Virus record (IMG/VR): IMGVR_UViG_2529292729_000022
Span: 1-5,791 of that record
Source of the DNA: a virus
Lineage: Duplodnaviria > Heunggongvirae > Uroviricota > Caudoviricetes
Reading direction: 5' to 3' (one strand)
Length of the DNA: 5,791 bases
Translations under genes and position numbers: made by a program
Notes under the pieces: generated by a model
The model's database searches: none
What the model saw: only the letters and a program-made list of their open reading frames with translations
Told to the model about the DNA's origin: nothing
Part shown: piece after piece, positions 1-5,791 of the stretch
How positions within the stretch are numbered: position 1 is the stretch's first letter
Layout: every line of letters begins with the position of its first letter

Positions 1-22
1 GTTATCAGGGAGCGGGCGATGA
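1..22 (+). CDS. H: 3' terminus of upstream tail gene, probably tape-measure protein H (partial, last 7 codons)
   Basis: Frame open from position 2 to a TGA at 20-22 that overlaps the M start as ATGA (19-22), the same 4-nt stop/start overlap I recall for lambda H/M. Too short to identify by sequence; call rests on synteny only. Confidence 0.35.
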
Positions 23-348
23 AAACATTTCGCTGGAAAGTGAAGCCGGATATGGAGGTGAACTCGCAGCCATCGGTGCGTGAAGTGCGTTTTGGTGACG
101 GGTATTCGCAGCGTATGGCGGCGGGGCTGAATGCTGACCTGAAAACATACCGTGTGACGCTTTCCGTGACCCGGGAGGAGGCCCGGCATCTGGAAGCGTT
201 CCTGGCAGAGCACGGTGGCTGGAAGGCGTTTCTGTGGACACCGCCTTATGCATACCGACAGATAAAGGTGACCTGTGCCGGGTGGTCTGCGCGGGTCGGG
301 ATGTTGCGCGTTGAGTTCAGCGCGGAGTTTAAGCAGGTGGTGAACTGA
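19..348 (+). CDS. M: Tail tip assembly protein M (lambda gpM-like), 109 aa
   Basis: ATG at 19 preceded by GGGAG (8-12). Same 109-aa length as lambda gpM, and sits directly upstream of L with stop TGA 346-348 sharing one base with the L start. Order M-L-K-I-J matches lambda. Confidence 0.88.
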   Translation: MKTFRWKVKPDMEVNSQPSVREVRFGDGYSQRMAAGLNADLKTYRVTLSVTREEARHLEAFLAEHGGWKAFLWTPPYAYRQIKVTCAGWSARVGMLRVEFSAEFKQVVN

Positions 349-1046
349 TGCAGGATATTCACGAAGAAAGTCTGAACGAGTCGGTTAAATCAGAGCAGTC
401 ACCGCGGGTGGTACTCTGGGAAATCGACCTGACGGCACAGGGCGGTGAGCGGTATTTTTTCTGTAATGAGCTGAATGAAAAAGGGGAGGCGGTCACCTGG
501 CAGGGGCGGAAGTACCAGGCATACCCGATTGACGGCAGTGGCTTTGAGATGAACGGGAAGGGCAGCAGTGCCCGCCCGTCGCTGACGGTGTCGAATCTGT
601 TTGGTCTGGTCACCGGGATGGCGGAGGACCTGCAGAGCCTGGTGGGGGCCACGGTGGTCCGCCGCCGGGTGTATGCGCGTTTTCTGGATGCGGTGAACTT
701 TGTGGCAGGCAATCCGGAGGCCGACCCGGAGCAGGAGCTGACTGACCGGTGGGTGGTGGAGCAGATGTCATCGCTGACGGCCATGACGGCCTCGTTTGTG
801 CTGGCCACACCGACCGAGACGGACGGGGCGCTGTTTCCCGGTCGCATCATGCTGGCGAACACCTGTATGTGGGATTACCGGGGAGATGAATGCGGGTATA
901 ACGGTCCTGCGGTGGCGGATGAGTTCGACAACCCCACCACGGATATCCGTAAGGACAGATGCAGCAAGTGCATGCGCGGGTGTGAGATGCGCGGCATGGC
1001 GGTCAATTTTGGCGGTTTCCTTTCCATCAATAAACTTTCGCAGTAA
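348..1046 (+). CDS. L: Tail tip protein L (lambda gpL-like), 232 aa, C-terminal cysteine cluster
   Basis: ATG at 348 with AGGTGG (335-340) 7 nt upstream. Same 232-aa length as lambda gpL and recognisable blocks such as VVLWEIDLT, GGERYFFCNE, VTWQGR, PGRIMLANTC, YRGDECGY, NFGGFLSINKLSQ. Cys at residues 173, 182, 205, 208, 212. Confidence 0.92.
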   Translation: MQDIHEESLNESVKSEQSPRVVLWEIDLTAQGGERYFFCNELNEKGEAVTWQGRKYQAYPIDGSGFEMNGKGSSARPSLTVSNLFGLVTGMAEDLQSLVGATVVRRRVYARFLDAVNFVAGNPEADPEQELTDRWVVEQMSSLTAMTASFVLATPTETDGALFPGRIMLANTCMWDYRGDECGYNGPAVADEFDNPTTDIRKDRCSKCMRGCEMRGMAVNFGGFLSINKLSQ

Positions 1047-1056
1047 ATCCTGTTTT

Positions 1057-1800
1057 ATGACACAGACTGAATCAGCGATTCTGGCGCATGCCCGGCGGTG
1101 TGCGCCTGCGGAGTCGTGCGGCTTCGTGATAAGCACGCCGGAGGGGGAACGGTATATCCCTTGTGTGAATATCTCTGCAGAGCCGGAGGCGTATTTTCGT
1201 ATCGCACCGGAAGACTGGCTGCGGGCAGAGATGCAGGGGGAGATTGTGGCACTGGTCCACAGTCATCCCGGTGGACTGCCCTGGCTGAGCGAGGCTGACC
1301 GGCGGCTGCAGATAAAAAGCGCACTGCCCTGGTGGCTGGTCTGCCGGGGTGACATTCATAAATTCCGCTGTGTGCCACATCTGACAGGACGGCGCTTTGA
1401 GCACGGGGTGACGGACTGTTACACGCTGTTCCGGGATGCCTACCATCTGGCGGGAATTGATATGCCGGATTTTGAGCGTGAGGATGACTGGTGGCGCAAC
1501 GGTCAGAACCTTTACCTGGACAATATGGCGGTCACAGGCTTTTACCGGGTGCCCCTGTCCTCTGCACAGGCGGGCGATATCCTGCTGTGCTGCTTTGGCG
1601 CATCGGTGGCCAATCATGCCGCCATTTACTGCGGCAACGGTGAACTGCTTCACCATCTGCCTGAACAACTGAGTAAACGGGAGAGGTATTCTGAAAAATG
1701 GCAACGACGAACGCATTCTGTCTGGCGTCACCGCCACTGGTCCGCATCTGCCTTCACGGGGATTTACAACGATTTGGCCGCCGCCTCAGCCTGTATGTGA
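1057..1800 (+). CDS. K: Tail assembly protein K (lambda gpK-like), 247 aa; N-terminal MPN/JAMM domain plus C-terminal NlpC/P60 domain
   Basis: First ATG after the L stop, in frame with track ORF 796..1800 (whose upstream TTG-started extension overlaps L and is rejected). JAMM motif H68-S-H70-x7-S78-x2-D81 (HSHPGGLPWLSEAD, nt 1258-1299) with upstream Glu in STPEGERY. NlpC/P60-type Cys121 in GVTDCYTLF and His187/His199 in NHAAIYCGNGELLHH. No clear Shine-Dalgarno; start is 11 nt after the L stop, so coupling or reinitiation is plausible. Confidence 0.88.
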   Translation: MTQTESAILAHARRCAPAESCGFVISTPEGERYIPCVNISAEPEAYFRIAPEDWLRAEMQGEIVALVHSHPGGLPWLSEADRRLQIKSALPWWLVCRGDIHKFRCVPHLTGRRFEHGVTDCYTLFRDAYHLAGIDMPDFEREDDWWRNGQNLYLDNMAVTGFYRVPLSSAQAGDILLCCFGASVANHAAIYCGNGELLHHLPEQLSKRERYSEKWQRRTHSVWRHRHWSASAFTGIYNDLAAASACM

Positions 1801-2378
1801 ACACGGCAGCGGAGGCCATCCGTGCCCTGTCGCTGCAGGTGCCGGGATTCCGCCGTCAGATGAACGAAGGCTGGTACCAGATACGTATTGCTGGTGAGGA
1901 CACGGCACCGGAGGCGGTGTATGCCCGCCTTCACGAACAACTGGGTGAGGGGGCGGTCATCCATATTGTGCCGCGACTGGCCGGTGCAGGGAAAGGCGGA
2001 CTGCAGATTGTGCTGGGGGCGGCAGCCATCGTGGGCTCTTTCTTCACGGCCGGAGCATCGATGGCAGCCTGGGGTGCAGCGCTGAGTGCCGGCGGTTTTT
2101 CTGCCACCACGATGCTGTTTTCACTGGGTGCCAGCATGATACTGGGTGGTGTGGCACAGATGCTGGCCCCGAAGCCAAAAACACCGGAATACAGGGCAAC
2201 GGATAACGGTAAACAGAACACGTACTTTTCGTCGCTGGATAACATGATTGCCCAGGGGAACCCGATGCCGGTGCCTTACGGTGAAATGCTGGTTGGCTCA
2301 CGGCGAATCTCCCAGGACATCAGCACCCGTGATGAAGGTGGTGGCGGGAAGGTGGTGGTTATCGGGCGGCAGGGGTAA
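1698..2378 (+). CDS. I: Tail assembly protein I (lambda gpI-like), 226 aa
   Basis: ATG at 1698, GGGAGAGG at 1679-1686. Strong resemblance to remembered lambda gpI (ARICLYGDLQRFGRR, GAEAIRAL, GWYQVRIAG, GAVIHIVPR, QIVLGAAAI, GSFFTAG, LFSLGASM, LGGVAQMLAPK, TDNGKQNTYFSSLDNM, YGEM.VGSR). Overlaps the 3' end of K by 103 nt in a different frame, as in lambda. Confidence 0.88.
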   Translation: MATTNAFCLASPPLVRICLHGDLQRFGRRLSLYVNTAAEAIRALSLQVPGFRRQMNEGWYQIRIAGEDTAPEAVYARLHEQLGEGAVIHIVPRLAGAGKGGLQIVLGAAAIVGSFFTAGASMAAWGAALSAGGFSATTMLFSLGASMILGGVAQMLAPKPKTPEYRATDNGKQNTYFSSLDNMIAQGNPMPVPYGEMLVGSRRISQDISTRDEGGGGKVVVIGRQG

Positions 2379-2383
2379 AGCAT

Positions 2384-2416
2384 AAAAAAATCCCGCAGTG
2401 TATGGAGGCTGCGGGA
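2384..2416 (-). terminator. Candidate rho-independent terminator oriented for leftward (minus-strand) transcription
   Basis: Perfect inverted repeat CCCGCAG (2392-2398) / CTGCGGG (2409-2415) with a 10-nt loop; on the minus strand the stem is followed immediately by ATTTTTTT (complement of the A7 run at 2384-2390). No T-tract follows it on the plus strand. Confidence 0.35.
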
Positions 2417-2548
2417 ACAGAAAATGAAGATTAACCACAGGGGGTTTTGTTTTTATTGGCCCGAAAAAACTGTAACGCCCGGGAATGATATCTGCCACGG
2501 GGCGTACAGAAAATGTGAAGAAATTCAGAAATTTTATTCCGTCATGAC

Positions 2549-2580
2549 ACAGGCACCCTCCGGGGTGCCTGTCGTTTTTG
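2549..2580 (+). terminator. Candidate rho-independent terminator oriented for rightward (plus-strand) transcription, about 45 nt upstream of the J start
   Basis: Perfect 9-bp GC-rich stem CAGGCACCC (2550-2558) / GGGTGCCTG (2563-2571), 4-nt loop TCCG, followed by TCGTTTTTG (T5 at 2575-2579). Confidence 0.45.
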
Positions 2581-2607
2581 GGGCATAAACAGATTCAGAC
2601 ATCAGAC

Positions 2608-2617
2608 AGGAGAGGGG
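2608..2617 (+). promoter_or_regulatory. Shine-Dalgarno region for J (AGGAGAGGGG)
   Basis: Purine-rich AGGAG/GAGGGGG 6-11 nt upstream of the GTG at 2624. Confidence 0.5.
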
Positions 2618-2623
2618 GACAGA

Positions 2624-5600
2624 GTGGGTAAAGGTGGCGGCAGGGCGCACACGCCGGTAGAGGCAAAGGACAATCTTAAGTCCACGCAGATGATGAGCGT
2701 GATTGACGCCATTGGTGAAGGGCCGATTGAAGGTCCGGTGAAGGGGCTGCAGAGTATTCTGGTGAACAAAACCCCGCTGACGGACACGGACGGTAATCCT
2801 GTGATACATGGTGTGACAGCGGTCTGGCGCGCCGGGGAGCAGGAGCAGACACCGCCGGAAGGTTTTGAGTCATCCGGCTCTGAAACCGCACTGGGCGTGG
2901 AAGTGACGAAGGCAAAGCCGGTGACGCGCACCATTACGTCCGCGAACATTGACCGCCTGCGGGTCACCTTCGGGGTGCAGTCACTGGTGCAGACCACCTC
3001 ACAGGGTGACCGTAACCCGGCATCCGTCCGCCTGCTGATTCAGCTGCAGCGTAACGGTAACTGGGTGACGGAAAAGGATGTCACCATTAACGGCAAGACC
3101 ACCTCACAGTACCTGGCGTCGGTGATTCTGGAGAATCTGCCTGAGCGGCCCTTTAACATCCGGATGGTCCGGGAGACGGCGGACAGCACCACGGACCAGC
3201 TGCAGAACAGAACGCTGTGGTCGTCATACACCGAAATCATCGATGTGAAACAGTGCTACCCGAACACGGCCATTGTGGGGCTGCAGGTGGATGCGGAGCA
3301 GTTCGGCGGTCAGCAGATGACGGTGAACTACCATATCCGCGGTCGCATCATCCAGGTGCCGTCAAACTACGACCCGGAAAAACGCACGTACAGCGGCATC
3401 TGGGACGGCAGTCTGAAACCGGCATACAGCAACAACCCGGCCTGGTGCCTGTGGGACATGCTGACTCACCCGCGCTACGGCATGGGAAAACGTCTGGTGG
3501 CGGCGGATGTTGACAAGTGGGCGCTGTATGCCATCGGGCAGTACTGCGACCAGACGGTCCCGGATGGTTTCGGGGGCACAGAGCCGCGGATGACCTTTAA
3601 TGCGTACCTGTCACAACAGCGTAAGGCGTGGGACGTTCTCAGTGATTTCTGCTCGGCGATGCGCTGTATGCCGGTATGGAACGGCCAGACGCTGACGTTC
3701 GTTCAGGACCGCCCGTCGGATGTGGTGTGGCCGTACACCAACTGCGATGTGGTGGTGGATGATAACGGCGTGGGGTTTCGCTACAGCTTCAGCGCCCTGA
3801 AGGACCGCCACACGGCGGTGGAGGTGAATTACACCGACCCGCAGAACGGCTGGCAGACCTCCACGGAACTGGTGGAAGACCCGGAAGCCATACTGCGCTA
3901 CGGGCGCAACCTGCTGAAGATGGATGCGTTCGGTTGCACCAGTCGCGGTCAGGCCCACCGTGCCGGGCTGTGGGTGATAAAGACCGGACTGCTGGAAACG
4001 CAGACGGTGGATTTCACGCTCGGGTCACAGGGGCTGCGTCACACACCCGGTGACATTATTGAAATCTGTGATAACGACTATGCCGGGACCCTGACCGGCG
4101 GACGTATCCTGTCCATCGATGCCGCCAGCCGCACCCTGACACTGGACCGTGAGGTGACCCTGCCGGAGACAGGTGCCGCCACGGTGAACCTGATTAACGG
4201 CAGCGGTAAGCCGGTGAGCGTGGCCATCACTGCACACCCCGCGCCGGACCGGATACAGGTCAGTACCCTGCCGGATGGTGTGGAGACATACGGTGTGTGG
4301 GGGCTTTCCCTGCCGTCACTGCGTCGTCGCCTGTTTCGCTGTGTCTGCATCCGGGAAAACACGGACGGCACTTTTGCCATCACGGCGGTGCAGCATGTGC
4401 CGGAAAAAGAAGCCATCGTGGATAACGGGGCCAGCTTTGAGCCGCAGTCAGGCACCCTGAACAGCGTCATCCCTCCGGCAGTGCAGCATCTCACGGTGGA
4501 GGTGAGCGCCGCTGACGGGCAGTATCTGGCGCAGGTGAAATGGGACACGCCGCGGGTGGTGAAGGGGGTGCGCTTCAGTCTGCGCCTGACCAGCGGAAGC
4601 GGAGAAGACAGCCGTCTGGTGACCACCGCCATCACCGCGGATACAGAGCACCGTTTCAGCGGTCTGCCGCCGGGGGAATACACCCTGACGGTCAGGGCGA
4701 TTAACAGTTATGGCCAGCAGGGGGAACCGGCCACCACCACGTTCAGGATTAATGCACCTGCGGTACCCGCCACGATTGAGCTGACACCGGGCTATTTTCA
4801 GATAACAGCGGTCCCGCGTCTTGCGGTGTATGACCCGACGGTACAGTTTGAGTTCTGGTTTTCGGAGACAAAAATCGCAGATACATCTCAGGTGGAAACC
4901 TCTGCCCGTTATCTGGGGACCGGCAGTCAGTGGAGTGTATCCGGCCCGCACATTAAGCCCGGGAAGGATTTCTGGTTTTACGTGCGCAGCGTCAACCTGG
5001 TGGGGAAATCTGCTTTTGTGGAAGCCAGTGGCCGGGCCAGCAATGATGCAGAAGGGTATCTGGGGCTGTTTCGGGAAAAAATAGGAAAACTGCATCTGGC
5101 TCAGGGGCTGTGGGAGCTGATAGACAACAGCCAGCTTGCGGATGAGATGGCGGAGATGAAGACCTCCATCACCGAAACCCGCAATGAAATCACACAGACG
5201 GTCAGTAAAACGCTGGAGGACCAGAGCGCCACCATACAGCAGATACAGCGCGTGCAGAAGGACACAAATGATGACCTTGCTGCACTTTACATGCTGAAGG
5301 TACAGAAAACAAAAAATGGCATACCCTATGTTGCCGGTATTGGAGCGGGGATTGAGGATACTGATGGCCAGCCCCTGAGCAACATACTGCTGCTGGCTGA
5401 CCGTATTGCGATGATTAACCCGGAGGACGGCAACAGCACGCCGTTATTTGTGGCGCAGGGGAATCAGTTGTTCATGAACGATGTGTTCCTGAAGCGGCTG
5501 TTTGCGGCGAGTATCACGTCATCCGGCAACCCCCCGACGTTTTCCCTGACGCCGGAAGGGAAGCTGACAGCCAGGAACGCGGATATCAGCGGAGCAATTA

Positions 5601-5791
5601 CCGCGAATACCGGCACGCTCAATAATGTCACCATTAACGAGAACTGTGTCATCAGAGGGAAACTGTCTGCAAACCAGATTGAAGGCGACCTGGTGAAGAC
5701 GGTGGGGAAAGCCTTTCCCCGGAATAACAGTTATGCCAGCGGGACGGTAACCGTCACAGTTTACGATGACCAGGGATTCGACCGGCAGATT
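2624..5791 (+). CDS. J: Host specificity / central tail fibre protein J (lambda gpJ-like), N-terminal ~1056 codons; 3' end beyond window
   Basis: GTG start at 2624 (frame closed by TGA at 2516-2518; no in-frame ATG, GTG or TTG between). My own in-frame translation from 2624 to 5791 has no stop and resembles remembered lambda gpJ from the first residues ([293 protein letters not shown]). Not in the ORF track because no stop lies inside the window. Confidence 0.9.
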   Translation, partial: MGKGGGRAHTPVEAKDNLKSTQMMSVIDAIGEGPIEGPVKGLQSILVNKTPLTDTDGNPVIHGVTAVWRAGEQEQTPPEGFESSGSETALGVEVTKAKPVTRTITSANIDRLRVTFGVQSLVQTTSQGDRNPASVRLLIQLQRNGNWVTEKDVTINGKTTSQYLASVILENLPERPFNIRMVRETADSTTDQLQNRTLWSSYTEIIDVKQCYPNTAIVGLQVDAEQFGGQQMTVNYHIRGRIIQVPSNYDPEKRTYSGIWDGSLKPAYSNNPAWCLWDMLTHPRYGMGKRLVAADVDKWALYAIGQYCDQTVPDGFGGTEPRMTFNAYLSQQRKAWDVLSDFCSAMRCMPVWNGQTLTFVQDRPSDVVWPYTNCDVVVDDNGVGFRYSFSALKDRHTAVEVNYTDPQNGWQTSTELVEDPEAILRYGRNLLKMDAFGCTSRGQAHRAGLWVIKTGLLETQTVDFTLGSQGLRHTPGDIIEICDNDYAGTLTGGRILSIDAASRTLTLDREVTLPETGAATVNLINGSGKPVSVAITAHPAPDRIQVSTLPDGVETYGVWGLSLPSLRRRLFRCVCIRENTDGTFAITAVQHVPEKEAIVDNGASFEPQSGTLNSVIPPAVQHLTVEVSAADGQYLAQVKWDTPRVVKGVRFSLRLTSGSGEDSRLVTTAITADTEHRFSGLPPGEYTLTVRAINSYGQQGEPATTTFRINAPAVPATIELTPGYFQITAVPRLAVYDPTVQFEFWFSETKIADTSQVETSARYLGTGSQWSVSGPHIKPGKDFWFYVRSVNLVGKSAFVEASGRASNDAEGYLGLFREKIGKLHLAQGLWELIDNSQLADEMAEMKTSITETRNEITQTVSKTLEDQSATIQQIQRVQKDTNDDLAALYMLKVQKTKNGIPYVAGIGAGIEDTDGQPLSNILLLADRIAMINPEDGNSTPLFVAQGNQLFMNDVFLKRLFAASITSSGNPPTFSLTPEGKLTARNADISGAITANTGTLNNVTINENCVIRGKLSANQIEGDLVKTVGKAFPRNNSYASGTVTVTVYDDQGFDRQI

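Noticed and set aside
1690-1702. Possible programmed -1 frameshift fusing K to I at the A5 run (GAAAAATGG)
   Set aside because: I is in the -1 frame relative to K, but there is no canonical X_XXY_YYZ slippery heptamer in the K frame and I has its own ATG and Shine-Dalgarno-like sequence; independent initiation is the simpler explanation.
5-1737. Minus-strand ORFs antisense to M, L and K (5..253, 359..862, 610..810, 768..1136, 1055..1378, 1072..1737, 1532..1747)
   Set aside because: Pro/Arg/Ala/Ser-rich low-complexity translations typical of antisense frames in GC-rich coding DNA; they overlap genes with strong homology support and have no recognisable motifs.
796-1800. 334-aa plus-strand ORF in the track
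   Set aside because: Its first 87 codons start at a TTG and overlap the strongly supported L gene in another frame. Homology to gpK and the JAMM domain begin at the first ATG after the L stop (1057), so the real CDS is 1057..1800.
2298-2498. 66-aa minus-strand ORF spanning the end of I and part of the I-J spacer
   Set aside because: Begins at a GTG with no ribosome-binding site, runs antisense through the I stop region and through the minus-strand terminator-like hairpin; translation is Pro/Phe-rich and unconvincing.
2420-2550. Sigma70-like promoter within the I-J spacer core
   Set aside because: Only weak hexamer matches with poor spacing on either strand (e.g. TTGTTT-18-TGTAAC on plus; TAAAAT on minus without a -35); I cannot support a promoter call from sequence alone.
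1098-5084. Short plus-strand ORFs in alternative frames inside K, I and J (1098..1298, 1436..1672, 1888..2085, 3217..3513, 4275..4460, 4821..5084)
   Set aside because: Out-of-frame overlaps within supported genes, Gly/Arg/Cys-rich translations, no start signals; treated as chance ORFs.
2602-5095. Minus-strand ORFs antisense to J (2534..2809, 2602..2997, 2676..2915, 3040..3240, 3611..3958, 4025..4237, 4078..4683, 4448..5095)
   Set aside because: Same reasoning: antisense to a continuous, homology-supported J reading frame, with compositionally biased translations; they disappear where J becomes less GC-rich.
1-5791. CRISPR arrays, IS or transposon ends, tRNA or rRNA genes, Chi sites
   Set aside because: No direct-repeat/spacer periodicity, no terminal inverted repeats, no tRNA-like cloverleaf candidates noticed; by-eye scan found no GCTGGTGG octamer on either strand (low-confidence negative without a computational search).

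Overview
This window is a single same-strand block of lambda-like (lambdoid siphovirus or prophage) tail-tip genes in the canonical order H (last 7 codons) - M - L - K - I - J, with J running off the 3' end of the window. Every assignment rests on my own reading of the translations against remembered phage lambda proteins and on diagnostic motifs; no database search was run. I see no evidence of a novel defence or other undescribed system here. The one stretch the tail genes do not explain is a roughly 245-nt I-J spacer (about 60 nt in lambda as I recall) holding two GC-rich terminator-like hairpins of opposite polarity around a lower-GC core with a possible 54-codon ORF; this is the best candidate for an inserted moron-like or small-RNA element. 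J is absent from the supplied ORF track only because it has no stop codon inside the window. All minus-strand ORFs in the track look like antisense artefacts of GC-rich coding sequence.
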